Part shown: positions 12,425 through 26,421 of the stretch, piece after piece | Layout: every line of letters begins with the position of its first letter | Numbering within the stretch: the stretch's first letter is position 1 | Source: Microbotryum violaceum | Lineage: Eukaryota | Assembly (NCBI GenBank): GCA_001244265.2 | Contig: CDLV01000006.1 | Coordinates: 1,922,001-1,986,000, forward strand | Length of the DNA stretch: 64,000 nucleotides | Reading direction: 5' to 3' | Notes under the pieces: generated by a model | Database searches by the model: none | What the model saw: only the letters and a program-made list of their open reading frames with translations | Told to the model about the DNA's origin: nothing | Position numbers and translations under genes: made by a program

Positions 12425-13438
12425 ATGGCCCCGAGACCAGCTTTGATCGTTTGTATGGGCACAAGTGGATGCGGGTGAGTGTATCAATTTTGATTCCCGA
12501 CATATCCCTTCCCAGTTTGCCATGTCCTGACACGTTGATCCGCCTCCGTTTGCTCCGTCCGACCCTCTCTCGGTCACCCGCCACGGACTTGCAGTAAATC
12601 GAGCACAGGTCTCGCCGTCGCGCGGGCACTCGGACTGGCTTTTGTAGATGGAGATGATCTGCACCCGGCTTCCAACGTTGTCAAGATGTCTGAAGGCCAC
12701 CCGCTCACCGACAAGGTCCGTTCTCTCGCTACCCCACGTCTTTCCATTCGCAACCCACCCGCCCCCTTCATTCCCAAGTTGCGACCCGGAGCTAACATGC
12801 TATGAATGAGGATACAGGACCGGATACCTTGGCTGCTACGAATCCGGGCGACGGCATTCTACCTCACGTCAGAAGAAGGCGTACAAGCCCTCGGCCACCC
12901 CGTCCCAGCCGAAGCGGACCACATCCAGCCTTCGGACGAGCTCACCTCGGCCCTTGCGCACGTGCACCCGCAGACAATACATCTCGGCGAGGAGATGATC
13001 AAGCGAGGACGCAAGGCCGTCGTGGTCGGGTGCTCGGCGCTCAAGAGAGGGTATAGGGAGTTGTTGAGTGGGAGGAAGGTCCAGCTCGGTGAAGTCTCGA
13101 TCATCGAACCCGAGATCGAGGCGGACAAGCTCGAGACGTACTTTATCTACCGTGAGTGGATTCACACAAGGCTTAGAAAGTATATCTCCCTGACGTCGAC
13201 TCGACGAGCAGTGCACGGTACTCGACCCCTGCTGCTGCACCGCTTGACGTCGCGACCGGGCCATTTTTTCAAAGCGCCGATGCTGGACTCGCAACTCGCG
13301 ACGCTCGAGATCCCGACCGAAGATGAGATCAACGTCAAGAGGATCAACCTTGGGCAAGGGCCGGAACAAGCCGAGGAGGTGGGAATAGAAGGCATCTCGC
13401 AGGCGGCGATCGAGGTCGCTACCGAGTGGGTGGGGTAA
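12425..13438 (+). CDS. Gluconokinase (GntK/IdnK type)
   Basis: P-loop MGTSGCG|KSS, DGDDLHPASNVVKMSEGHPLTD|DRIPWL, CSALKRGYR and HFFKAPMLDSQLATLE. Confidence 0.93.
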
Positions 13439-14051
13439 TTCGCGGCAACTTGAAGTTAGGGGTCGGGGGTCTCCTGCTCAACTCGGTGCACACGTCTAGG
13501 GTCTAAGGCACCCTGAAAAACATCTTTCAAACGTGTTCTAAAAATGCAGCATAATGTCCCTCCGCTGTGATTTTTTACCTTCTATAACAACGTCTCGCCC
13601 AACGCGCAACGCAGAGAGATGTGTGCACTTTGGAGGCCATGCTCTGTGTTGACGGGATAGCTTCGAGCCGGAGACCTGACCTAATCAAATTGACGAGTCC
13701 TGACTTTTGGTGCGACGCCGCTTGCCAGATTTCCCCACGCGGGGTGCTGTTGCGCTCGGACCTCTTCTCCGTGCCGGGCAATTTGGCACATGCTGCACGC
13801 GTCGAGGCGCGTCGCGCGTGTCGCACCAACCACGGGCGGGCGAGGGCGGGCGCGGCCGGTCGCCGGTCAGCCGGTCAGCTGGTCAGCGTCCAAGTGTCCA
13901 AGCGAAGCGCGGCCAGTCCTGCGAGCTCTCTTCCTCTGTCGGACCACCTCGTATGTGCACATACCACACGCACGCCCAGACTGACCCGAGTAGTTGGTGC
14001 CTATCGACCCCACCTGCCTTTCGCCCTCGCTTGTGCGACTCGTGAGACGCG

Positions 14052-17000
14052 ATGAGCACCTCACCTTCGTCGTCCAAGAAGCCCCGCCTCGACGCGCCGC
14101 CCGTGACCTCAGCCTCGAACGGCTCTCTTCCCCTCGTAGCCAATCCAGCCAACGGTTTCATCCCCGACGAAGACGTTGCTGCCCCACCTTCGACCCAAGC
14201 TGGTGCCCATGCCAAGCCTTTGTCGGCCTTGTTCGCGGGCGCGCATCCGGCGAGAGGGCTGTCGCAGCTCAAATCGGCTGTTCAGAATGGCGTCAAGGGC
14301 AAGGCGAGGAACGACAACGACGATGATAAGGTGAACTTTGAGAGTATCCTCAAGGGACTGAATGAGGAAGGTCAGTTGGTGAGCTTGGTATTCTTGAGGG
14401 GCACTATTCCGCAAGACTTTGCATCGGACGATTGGGATACCCCCCGTCTGCCGTCTGCTTGGTGGTACATGGCGACACGAGCCAGCAAGCGAGTGCCGCA
14501 GATTCGAGGCCTCTACACCAGAAACTATTTCCTGTTCATTTTCACCGACGCTCTTATCTCAATTGGGCGGGTTCCAGAGGCAGCGAGCCCGCGCGGCTGG
14601 AGAAAACCTTTAAATCTTCGGCTTCCGATCGAGCCTCGTAACTGACTGCTGCGTTCTCTCACGCAACCTCGATTACATGTTTTCGCAGTGGCAACGGACT
14701 CGAGTGATCAGAAATGGAATCGACCGGCACTGCCTCCGATCGACCCAGACACCGATGCTCTGAGTTCGTCCTTTGAGCTCTGCAAATTGTGTCCAATCCG
14801 CCCACCCGAGCTGACTCATCGACCCCGAATCGGATCACAGTTTTCCAGCAGATCGAGCTCGAAGAACACGTGGTGCCCGGAACGGTCCCGCAGATTCGTG
14901 CATTTGGTGTGACGCAGGTACGTCGTCGTACGCTCCCACCAAAATCGTATCCGCTAGAGCTCATCACTACGAGATGACCACGAGCAGGCTGGGCATTCCG
15001 TGTTGCTGCATATTACGGGCTTCATGCCTTACTTTTGGATTGCTGCGCCAAAGGGCTTTGTGAATGACCACTGTGTCTCGTTGATGGGTCACCTCAATGT
15101 AAGTCCTTTGCCCGACCATGCGTATGTTTTCGGACGCTCAACTCGAGCAAGATTCAATAGGCCATGATCCCAGGTGACGCGAACCCCGTTCACTCGATCA
15201 AAGTCGCACACAAGCGCTCTTTGTGGGGATACAAGGGTGATGGCACCGTGCCCTTCATCAAGATCACCATCAGCGACCTGCGAGCGTACCCCAAAGTCCG
15301 AGGCGCGTTCGAGCGTGGCGAGGTCAACTTTCGGGAACTGTTCACGGGTGAAGCGGTGATGACCTACGAGAGCAACATTGCTTACACGTTGCGGTTCATG
15401 ATTGATCATGGGGTACTTCACCTGTCCCGAGGCCTGTTGTCTCGTTAATGCGAGCTGACAATGCTCGTATGCAATCACAGATTGTCGGGATGAACTGGCT
15501 CGAGCTGCCGCCGGGGACATATCAGATGAAGCGACTGAGCGAAAAGGTGTCAAACTGCCAGCTCGAACTCGAGATCAAGTCAGCCTGCAGATCAACCTTG
15601 CAAAATTGAGATCTCATACTCACGCAGATCCCCTCTTTGTCAGGCACGACGATCTAATCTCGCACGCACCGGAAGGTGGATGGTCTCACATTGCTCCTCT
15701 GCGCGTTCTGTCCTTCGATATCGAGTGCGCCGGTCGCAAAGGTATCTTCCCCGAGGCCGAAATCGATCCCGTCATTCAGATTGCCAACATGGTCACGCGC
15801 CAAGGCGAGACCAAGCCTTTCATTCGCAACGTCTTCACTCTTAACACGTGTTCGCACATTGTCGGCACGGACGTGATCGAGTTCGAGAAGGAGGCCGATC
15901 TATTGACGAGGTGGCGCGAGTTTGTTGACGAGGTCGATCCCGACCTTATCATCGGGTACAACATCTCGCAATTCGATCTGCCTTACCTCATGGATCGAGC
16001 CAAGGTGTTGAAAGCGACCAAGTTCCCTTACCTCGGTCGACTCAAGAACGTCAAGAGCGATGTTAAGGACACCCACTTTTCGTCAAAGGCGTACGGCAAC
16101 CGAGACAACAAAGAGACAACGATCGATGGTCGACTGCAGCTCGATATCCTGCAGGTCATGCAGCGTGACTACAAATTGCGAAGTTATACGCTCAACTCGG
16201 TGTGCGCTCATTTCCTCGGTCAGTTGTTATCTGCGGGTGCAGATGTCTTTGGATGAGCTTGGAGGATCCTGACCGAATTTCCTTCATGTCCCAGGCGAGC
16301 AAAAGGAGGATGTGCACCATTCGATCATCACGGACTTGCAGAACGGTAACGCCGAGTCTCGACGTCGTCTGGCCGTGTATTGTCTCAAGGTGCGCATGTA
16401 TTCCACTGGAAACGAGAAGCTGGCCATCGGAACTGACGCCCTCTCGCACCAGGATGCCTACCTGCCGCAACGAATCATGGACAAGCTAATGTGCTTCATC
16501 AATTACATCGAGATGGCTCGTGTGACGGGAATTCCTTTCAACTACCTTTTGTCGCGTGGTCAACAAATCAAAGTCATTTCGCAACTCTTCCGCAAGGCCC
16601 AGGACACGAACTACCTCGTCCCGGCGTTCCGTTCCGAAGGCTCGGACGAGCAGTACGAAGGTGCGACCGTCATTGAACCCGAAAAGGGCTATTACGATGT
16701 GCCAATCGCGACCCTCGATTTTGCTTCGCTGTACCCTTCGATCATGCAAGCGCACAACCTGTGCTACACCACCTTGCTGGATGCCAAAATCGCCGAGGCG
16801 CTTAACCTCAAGGAGGGCGTCGACTACGTCAGGACCCCCAACAACGGTCGGTCGTCCCTAATCCGCCCGATTTTTCTCCCCAGATACTGACGATCTCAAC
16901 GCCTTCTGCTAGATCTCTTCGTCAAGTCCGAGAAGCGTCGTGGGCTGCTCCCCATCATTCTCGAGGACCTGCTGTCGGCGCGGAAGCGCGCCCGGGCCGA

Positions 17001-18505
17001 GTTGAAGAAGGAGACGGACCCGTTCAAACGTGCTGTGTTGGACGGTCGTCAATTGGCGTTGAAAGTCAGTGCCAATTCGGTGTACGGCTTCACGGGAGCG
17101 ACGGTCGGCAAATTGCCTTGCTTGCAGATCTCGATGAGCGTCACCGCGTACGGGCGACAGATGATTGAAAGGACGAAGCAGGAGGTGCAGGATCGGTACA
17201 ACACCGCGAATGGCTACGAGTACGATGCGACCGTCATCTATGGTGATACCGATTCCGTCATGGTTCGTTTCGGGTGTCCGGACTTGGAGACAGCAATGAA
17301 ACTAGGTGATTTGTGTTTGAACGAGCCTCCGAAGCTATGCAGAACATCTTCTGAAGTGATTGTTAAACCCTCATGACTCTAGGCGCAGAGGCCGCCGATT
17401 TTGTCACACAAAAGTTCGTCAAGCCGATCAAGCTCGAGTTCGAAAAGGTCTACTTCCCATACCTCCTCATTAGCAAAAAGCGCTACGCCGGCCTGTACTG
17501 GACCAAGCCGGAAAAGTACGACAAGATGGATACGAAAGGTATTGAGACCGTTCGTCGTGACAACTGTCGTCTCGTCGTGACCGTCATTGAAACATGTCTC
17601 AAGAAGATGCTCATCGATCGAGACGTCAAGGGAGCGGAGGAGTACACGAAGCAGACGATCTCGGACCTTCTGCAGAACAAAGTCGATCTTTCGCAACTCG
17701 TCATCACCAAAGCACTCGCCAAGGCCGATTACGCCAACAAACAGGCTCACGTCGAGCTCGCGGAACGCATGAGGAAGCGTGATGCCGGATCGGCCCCGGC
17801 GTTAGGAGATCGAGTCGCGTACGTGATTATCAAGGGGACCAAGGACGCTCGCGCGTACGAGAAATCCGAGGACCCACTGTACGTGCTCGAGAACAATATC
17901 CCGATCGACACCAAGTACTACCTCGACAACCAACTGTCCAAGCCGTTGATGCGTATTTTTGAACCGATTCTGGGGGAGAAAGCGAGCTCGTTGTTGACCG
18001 GTGATCATACTCGCATCGTGTCGATCGTGGCACCGACGTCGGGTGGGTTAATGAAATTTGCTGTACGCACGATGACGTGTCTGGGGTGCAAGACGCCGCT
18101 CAAACCGAATCGACCGAGTGAGTCAGGAACGAAAGTGGCGTTACCTCGACGTGCCCCTCCCCTGATCCTTGCTCCCGAACGCCCTCCTTCAGACAAAGCC
18201 GTCTGCGAAAACTGCGCGCCTCGCACGGCCGAGCTGTATGCCAAACAGTTGAACATCACCACCGCGCACGAGACCGCCTATGCACGCTTGTGGACGCAAT
18301 GCCAACGTTGTCAAGGGTCTCTGGTCCAGGATGTGCTCTGCACAAGTAAGGATTGCCCCATCTTTTACATGCGCAAAAAGGCACAAAAGGATGTGGCGGA
18401 GAACGTTTCCGTACTTGATCGATGTGAGTACCTCTTCTATGGGTTTGGAACAGCAGCAGTTGATCCTCTTTTGACCTTGTCGTCACAGTCGATGGTACTT
18501 GGTAG
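14052..18505 (+). CDS. POL3: DNA polymerase delta catalytic subunit
   Basis: SFDIEC exonuclease motif, [30 protein letters not shown], and C-terminal CysA/CysB clusters (CLGC..CENC; CQRC..CTSKDC). Ends DRFDGTW*. Confidence 0.98.
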
Positions 18506-18792
18506 AATTGGCATTCGCAAAAAGCGTGGATTATGTTTCCGAAGTCCTCTCCGACGCCGCCTCACTTTACGAGCTTGCTGTAACTATATCGCATCGTTTT
18601 CATCGATTATCCGCACAGGAAGAGAGTGCACTTATCTTCCCAACATGAAGAAGGTCAATGAGATACACCATGATCGTAGATATTTCATTATACTTTACAA
18701 CATGTCGTCACGTTTCTTCACATTAGACCGTGAACATCATTTCAAAACGGGGCGCTGGCACGGCGATGGTCATTGCCAGTGTGGGCAAAGGG

Positions 18793-21700
18793 CTAAAGAG
18801 CCGCAGATACCGCATCTCCAGTTGCGCCTTGACCGCTTCCGTAACCCAGTAGAGGAGTAGTTGTCGTCGTTGTCCCCCTCTTGTTCCGCGGCGGCAGAGG
18901 CACGGCTTCCATATCGGGCAGATCGCCAAACAAGTCCTCGAGATCCTGTTCTGCCGTTCGCGAGGTTGATGATGGCACACAATTAGAGCTCTCCCTCTTG
19001 TCAGTACTCCTCCCTTCCCTTTGACTCGATCCTTCCGCCCCAGTACTAGGTCCCTCCCTTCCCACCGCCCTCTCCCTGTCCTTGACACTCGATCGGACCG
19101 CTTCGAGCAACTGCTCCCCTCTCGCAACGTACATCTCCAAACGGGTCACATGTTCCCTCGATGCCAGCAGGTCAGCTTCCAGTGAATCTTGGAACGTCGT
19201 CAAATCCCTCAGAGACAAGGCGTGCAAAGGGGTGTCGAGCGCCGAGGCGTGCGAACGGGTGTGCGTGTGTGGCCGAGCGGGAGCGAGGTGATGGTGGTGA
19301 GGGTGCGCGATCGTGTGTGAATGAGCATGGGCGTAGCTATGCTTGTAGGCGTGGCGGGCATGAGCATGGAGATGGGAGGTCAACGCAGCAGCCGGATGGG
19401 TGGCGAGAGGAATGGTCGACGTCGAAGGGGACGGCGTAGCCGTTTCGGCTCGATCCGCCGGCGGAGCCAAGAAGGAGGCAGCAGCGACAAGATCAGGAAG
19501 ACTGTGCCCCAGTGGACTGTTGGCCGTTATCGCCACTGACATCGCGGTATCCTCCGATCCATCTTCGCTCACGCCGCTGCCGAACAAGGTTTCTCCGTTC
19601 ACCGTGTTCGGGGAGGAAAGCCGCGGCTTTTGCTTCGTCGTCTTGCGACGTTTCGGGGCCGGAGGGATCGATTTCTCTTCGACTTGGGGTTTGTCTCCAT
19701 CCACATTGACATTGCCTGCCATGTTTCCCACTCGATTTGGCTGCAAGATCACATAACCGAGCTGCAATCTCAGCAATGCGATCCCTTTCAAGTCTGACAG
19801 AGCCAATGTGGGAAGAAGATCAACACTTACAATGGGTACGCGGCGCCTGCGTTTGATGGTCGTTTTCTTCAGCAAGACTGGTCTTTGTGTCCCGTGTAAC
19901 TTGTAGTAGAGGCCTGACCGGAGGTGCGCCGCGAATGTCGAGGTTCGGCGATCGAGAGCGGATAGCGCACACGAGTTAGATGAAGGCGGCCGGATTGTAA
20001 GGAACAAGACGAAGAGGTCAGCTTTATTTGGTCCACGTGGCCTTGCAACGCCAGAGTTGAGGAACGACGAAGGCGAATGCATCGGCGGTGCGGCGCAAGG
20101 CGAAAGCGAGAGGAAAGTTCGGGGACTGATTGCGGCTCGTCGCGACGGCCCGCCGCGAAACTAGCGCATTCGCGCAGCTGGCGCACCACTTGCGACCTCG
20201 TCGCTCGGGGCCCGCTGCATCCTTCCCTCCCACCACTCCCGCCGATGCAACATCACCCATGGTAGACACGCCGCTGAACGTGGCCAGGGAACGATAAACC
20301 CACCACATGCGTTGCAAGCCACTCGGCCTTCCCCATCTCGTCTCCAAAGCGGCGTCGTTCCTGGATGATCAATAGAACCGAGACAAGGTGTACGGTCAAC
20401 TCCACAGTTCGATCGTGTAGGCATATCACATGCATCGCCACTGACGAGTTTGACAGTTGAAACACTCCATCGCGGTGACTTCCCCACTTGATTCGACCCC
20501 GTTCATTGAGCTCTCTTCGCCTGTATTCGCCGGTGCGGTGGTGTGGATGTGCGCCAAAGTTGAGGACGTCGCAGACTTGCTCGAATGCATCACACGATTG
20601 TTGAACGTGGGGCATCCTTGGCAGCACGACTGCCCACCCGAGCCGTTGCAGACTCCCCCTCCCGGGCATGAACCCGACAGAGGATCGTGGGTAGCCGTCG
20701 CTGACGTGGAAGCCCTGAGCGCTCGAGCGGACGAGGAGGTTGTCGTAGCAGTGGAAGGTCGAGACGACTTGCCCGGTGCCGAGTGAGGGGAGTGGGGAAC
20801 CAAAGGGGAGCCTATCCCCGAGTCGTCAGTGGGCAGCGATCCCGTCGCCGCCCCTGGAGAGGGAGGAGCTCGTAGCACCGAGGCCTGGGTGGAGGGTGAT
20901 CCGACTGCTGATATAGATGCGTTAGATGTAACGCTTGCTAAAGTCGGCCTCGAAGAATCACCCGCGTGAATTTCTGCAGATTCTGCGCCGGAGGGTCGAG
21001 GTCCGGCTCGGGATTTGAGGTAGAGTCCTGGCGTGTGCAACGCGGAGATACGTCAGGGTGTGCAACATTGGACTCCACGAACCAGAGGAAGAAATGAGAA
21101 CATACCGCAGGCGTTACAAATTGGGTTGCCATCCTGGTCTCGCCTCCAGAGAGGGGTCTGGGTCGTTCCGCAAATGAAGCAATCATTTCCCGTCTTTGTG
21201 CTGGGCGTTGCCAAAGTAGCCGAGGCGCTTGAGATGTTGAAAGCCCTCGACGAGCGTTGCCGATGCAGCGGATGAGGCGCTGTGGTCGCCGGTTGTGTCA
21301 GAATGGCCTCGGTCGACGTTGGTGGGCGAATCGCCGAATGTTCGATCGACGACTTGGGCGAGGCTTGCGTCGGCGCGTGCTGATGTGGCGTGTTTGCCAA
21401 TTCGACACCGGGTGAGGTCCTTGGAGATTCCGGACTCCAGCGTGGCGAAACGTCCGTCGTCGAAGTGGACGATTGTGAAGGCGAGGCCCCTTTTGCCCGC
21501 GCTTGATGATGATGGGTCGTCGCATCGCGAGCAGCACCGCTTGCGCCGTTCGTCCACGAGCTGAGCGAAGGTAGCGCAAAGGGTGACTTGGAGCGCACGG
21601 TCAAGGGGACTCGATCGTGTCTTGGCTCAGACGAAGGCGTTGCCCGGCTTGATCTTGCAGTACTACTGCTTCTGCCCGTGAGACCGGCCGCGTCCGCGCT

Positions 21701-21799
21701 CGAGGTAATGCCCGATGAAATCGCACCCTCGTCGCTCGAGCACGGGCGTGAGTCGCCGTGGCGGGAGGCAGGACCCAACAGATTCTGCAGCGACGTCAT
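18793..21799 (-). CDS. sreA: Iron-responsive GATA transcription factor, SreA/Urbs1/Fep1 type
   Basis: Two GATA fingers (CFIC..TPLWRR..CNAC; CFNC..TPLWRR..CNAC|GLYYKLH) separated by the Cys-rich [20 protein letters not shown] region. His-rich tract and coiled coil at the C-terminus. Start codon is inferred. Confidence 0.9.
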
Positions 21800-22399
21800 G
21801 ACGACGTCTGGCACGCCTGGGACTGTCCACAAGTTTGTAGAGGAGATGTGCGTCGTGCGAGACAAGAGTGAACTGAGGGCTTCTTGCCCCCGCGACTGAT
21901 GCAGCAGGCGATCAGTTGCGCCGTGTTCTCGGGTAGGCACGCCGATTGTTCAAGCGACCGCCAACCCGGACGCTCGGAGTTGGTGAAAGAGCTACAAAAC
22001 AGTTCATGTACATCTCCCACCTTTGTGTTGATACATAACCTCGCTCGGGAGCCTATCCCTGGGGTGAAAATCGCACTCGTGGTACAGCGAGGCGTCGCAA
22101 GCGAAATTCATGCATCGTCCGTCGTGACCAATCAACGCGTTCCTAATTCACCGCCCTCGGCGCAATTTCAAATCCGTGTTGAGTGCGTCAGCCCGTCGGC
22201 TTCGACAGCTCGAGGCTCAGCAGTCATCGGAAAATACTTCGGCGCGTTCTGGACATTTCATGCCCATCTCCTGTCTCTGTATATGCCCCACATCTCAATG
22301 CTATCCAAACGGTCGGCGTTGCATGATGCACTACACCGACGCCTGCTCTGACAACACGGCCATTAGAGCGCAAGGGAGCTCTTTTTGCGACCCCTCCGA

Positions 22400-24132
22400 T
22401 CACTCCTTCTTGTTCGCCTTGGCCGCCTCGCGCTCCCTCTTGCGTAGCACACGTTTGCGGATGTCGATATGCAATCGGCGGTTGTATCCGAGCCAGAATG
22501 AACGCGTCATGAGGTTATCGACGACCCACTTCGAAAGGGAGAAACAAGATGCATCCGAGATCGTCAGCGCCAGGGGTCGAAAGTGCTCGGCCCAGAGAGC
22601 CACCTACTTGAACGGGGGCATGACCGTGGTAAGGCGTCGAGATGTGAGGCTGCCCAACAGCCCCACCATTGACACCGATATGTGATAAGGCCGATCCTGT
22701 AAAGAGTGGAGAGTAAACACGAAGAACTCTTAGATTCAGATATTTATCCACCGTCGACGGTTGCGCAGAAATTCGGTCGACTTACGAACATAGGTGCTGG
22801 GAGTGGGGATCATCCAAGAGCTCTTACGAATCTTGCTCAACTTAGACGTCTGTGCAAAGAAGAAGGTTTCGCTATCAAGTCCAGGTCTCTTTGATTCGAT
22901 TCGGCCGCTTGACCCTGCACTCACGATGAAGTAGGCGTTGAGAAGCTCGACCTCGACACCCGTTCCCTTCAACTCGCTTCCGAGAGCTTGCGACCAGGTC
23001 GAAACGAAAGCCTTGCTTGCCGAGTAGACGGCTAACAAGGGAGAAGGCACGAGACCGGCGAACGAGCCTACGGTCAAGATCAGCCCGCGCCTGCGGGAGA
23101 TCATCCCGGGCAGCACCAGCTTGGTCGTCTTGAGGGTCGCATTGCTGGGAATGATAGATCGGCCCAAGCAGTCAGTTTTCGTGGACGTTCATGATTGAAC
23201 GATCTAAAGGAGCGAAGTACGCACATGTTGATCTCGATGATGTCGGCCGAATCTTGATCGGGCAGATCTTGGAAGAACATGGGTTCGTCGTAGCTCTTGC
23301 CCACGTTGTTGACTGCAGGGACACACACAAGTCGGCCTCGGTCCAGAGCTGTGTACTTTCCGCCGGGTTTACGCACTCAGGACACCGACTTCAAGCGATT
23401 CGAGAGCGTTGCCGAAAGCCTTGTAGTCCTCGGACGAAGCCGAAGCAAAGTCGATTGAGTGAACCTGGGTCTTGATCGAGGGGAACTTGGAGGCTACAGG
23501 CAATCAATTGAGACATATGAGCCGGCTTTTCATGCATGGTGATGGGATGTCGACACTACTCACTGATCTCTTGGCTGATCTCTTCGAGCTTGGAAGCCGT
23601 CCTCGAAGCGAGGAAGACGTTGAAGCCAGCAGCGGCCAATTGGAGCGCAAAGTCGCGTCCGATCCCGGCGGTCGCACCGGTGACAACTGTGCATAAATGA
23701 GAGACGTCAGTGCCGATAAGCCGATCAGAAGAAGAGCGCCTGGATCGCTTACCTGCCCACGCCCCTTTCTTGGCTCCGAAACGGGTAAGCTGGATCGAGT
23801 GTGGGGTGACGAGTGACGCGCGAGGCGTGACGCTTCAGGGTGGAGCTCTGCTGTGGTGCATGCGGGGTACACGTGGACGTACGGGAAGTCCAGGACGGGA
23901 AATATCGACGATCATGCGCACAAAGCTGAGGGCATAGCTTCCTAGCCACGCAGCTCCAACGAGCGCAAAAAAGAAGGTCGTCAAGGTGCACTCGTTGGCT
24001 GATGAGTGGACGATGACCCCAAGCGCCAAGGTGAGAAGTCAGGGTCAGACCGAGCGTCCTCTGCGGGAGCTCGTGAAGGAGGAGTTGCTCACCCCATCCT
24101 AGAGCGGTCGCTCGTGCGGCATCGAGAACCAT
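22400..24132 (-). CDS. IFA38: Very-long-chain 3-oxoacyl-CoA reductase (SDR family)
   Basis: N-terminal TM segment, [27 protein letters not shown] catalytic Yxxx[12 protein letters not shown], and LHIDIRKR...KKE*. Confidence 0.9.
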
Positions 24133-24749
24133 GGCGAGCGAAGCGTATCGAGTGCGATGCAGAGTGTCGGAGCAAAAGCAGAGGCGACACTGAGCTCGAA
24201 GAAGGATATTGGGTTGCTGACCGAATCACCGATCGAGCCAAGGCTCTCGACTCCCACGATTTTTGACGGACAGTAGTACTGTTCTTTGCCGTAGCAAAGT
24301 TAGGTCTCAAAGGAAAGAGTAGAGGATTTTCCTATACCTTGAGATGAAATTGCCAATCTAGACCCAGAACACGGCACCCACAGGCGCACACTGGCTGCTA
24401 GTGCCGTGAGGACGGGCGGCCCCGAAACCAGAAACCACGACAGGCCGGGCTGTGGCAGCTGAATCATCCAAGGTCCACTCGTCTGAATACCGAGTCACGG
24501 ATATAATTTCCAGTACGAGACCTTGAGCACTCACAAATTCGGTCTCCAAATCCACAGTGGTGCAATTTTCTCATTCGTCCCCATGTTTTCGATCGCAATC
24601 TTGTCAATTTAAACTTCGCTGAGCACCCGCTGGCACAGACTGGCCCACCCGGCACGTGCGGGTTTCTCCCCTCCGATTTATCTCGCAGCTCGCCTCCGTC
24701 CCTCTCGCCTCGAAACCTACTTTACACTCAGGCAAGCGCCACAAACCCA

Positions 24750-25855
24750 ATGTCAAGCCGTTCGTCGACCGATCTGTCAACGGTCATTCAGTTCGCCTGC
24801 ACGGCCGACGAAGAAGGTGCTGTCCCTTTTCCCTTCTGTCAGCTCGCGGACAACTCGGCCGATCTGCACGTTCAACCCGTGCACGTGACACTCAGAGACA
24901 TTCGACCGTCCTTGCAAGCGGGACAGAGGCCTACGCTGGATGTACAAGGATTCGAAGTCATTGATCACGTGTATGCCGGGTTGCAAGAAGATATCGATGA
25001 CGTTTGGATGGCCGAGTACGAACGACAGATGGAGCGCGTGAGTGAGGTTCATCCACGTAGAACTTGAACTCATCAACGCAGCAGCGATGTCCGTCCGCAA
25101 GTTCCGCAACTGAGCATGCGGTCCGACCTCGAACATGCAGCTTCTATGCCAGCACCTCAAGGCTCGCAGGGTGGTCTCCTTTGCCGGGGTCGCCGTCCGT
25201 CGTCGTAACCCCGAGCTCGATGACGCGCCTATCGATACGGAGAACCTGCAGCCCTCCGCTGGGGCCCACGTCGACGGCAACACCCAGACCGGCCGCGAGG
25301 TGTGCATCAAGGTGTTGGAACTGAGCGATGAAGACGCCGATACTGAACGATACGCCGTGATCAACTTGTGGAGACCGCTCCGAGGACCTTTGATAGACGC
25401 CCCTCTCGCGCTCTGTGACACTCGCACGACGGGGTCCGCAGACATTATCCCGACTCTAGACTTTTATGGACCAGGGAGCTACATCAAATTTTCCGGTTAG
25501 TGCTCCCCCTAGCCTGCCCGCATTCGATGGGTCCTTCCATCTGATCACTGACACTTCAGCTCGCCACGATTATCCCACGCTCGCCCGCGCCGAACAGATC
25601 GGCAGCAGTGGTATTACCTCCGTGACATGATGCCCTACGAGGCACTGCTATTCCGTTGCCAAGACAGCACGAGGCGTGAGTGCCCGTGCGGCCACGTTTG
25701 AGCCACACGGTCGAGCTGAACATCTGAGAAAGGAGACCGCCTCCACAGATCCGGACAAGGGAGGCATCACACCCCACACCGGAGTATGGGATGAAGAGCG
25801 ACGCAATGACTCGTACCGGCAATCCATCGAGGTCCGGTGTGCGGTTCTGTACTGA
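24750..25855 (+). CDS. AsaB/CmcJ-like hydroxylase/desaturase family protein
   Basis: TLDVQGFEVI, AHVD, INLWRPLRGPLIDAPLALCD, WYYLRDM, TPHTG and RQSIEVRC motifs. Confidence 0.8.
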
Positions 25856-26421
25856 AACGTGGGTCGAAAGCCACCCGTCCACAAGCAATATGCTTATCAT
25901 CTCGCAAACCGGCATCCGCATCCATCTGTGACATTGATATTCTCTCGTTTGCGATCTCGCCTGCGAACCTCGTATGTTTACTTGTCTGATTGTGATTGGT
26001 CGGATCATTGCGCCTCCGTGTATGAGAGGATAATTTCGCGAAACACCACAAAAATATAAAAACTGAGACCGTTTTTTGCGCTACGTCAGTACAAAATACT
26101 ACCCCGAGCCAAGCCGTGCCATACGCGTAGATGAAAGCAACGCATTCTTTTTTGGTACTGATACTGACGAACCCCACAATGTCGGACCGCCGCCAACACA
26201 ATCGGCGCTTCGTCTTGCCCTCCTCCCCCGGGGGATCACCTAAAAACGAAAGGAAGCTGCACCTGCACCCACCCAACGTTCTGTTCCCGTGCAAAGCATC
26301 GTGTCCGGCGGCCCCTCGTCGACTGAATTCTGCCCGTATGATCCGACTCCCTGATCGCGTGTATTTCTGAAGATCGAGGGGGCGAATGACAAGTCACGAC
26401 AATTCGAGAGGGGCAGCAAGG

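Noticed and set aside
24133-24749. SreA-binding GATA sites linking the iron regulator to the neighbouring AsaB-like gene
   Set aside because: I saw only an isolated AGATAA and no ATCWGATAA cluster, which is expected by chance.
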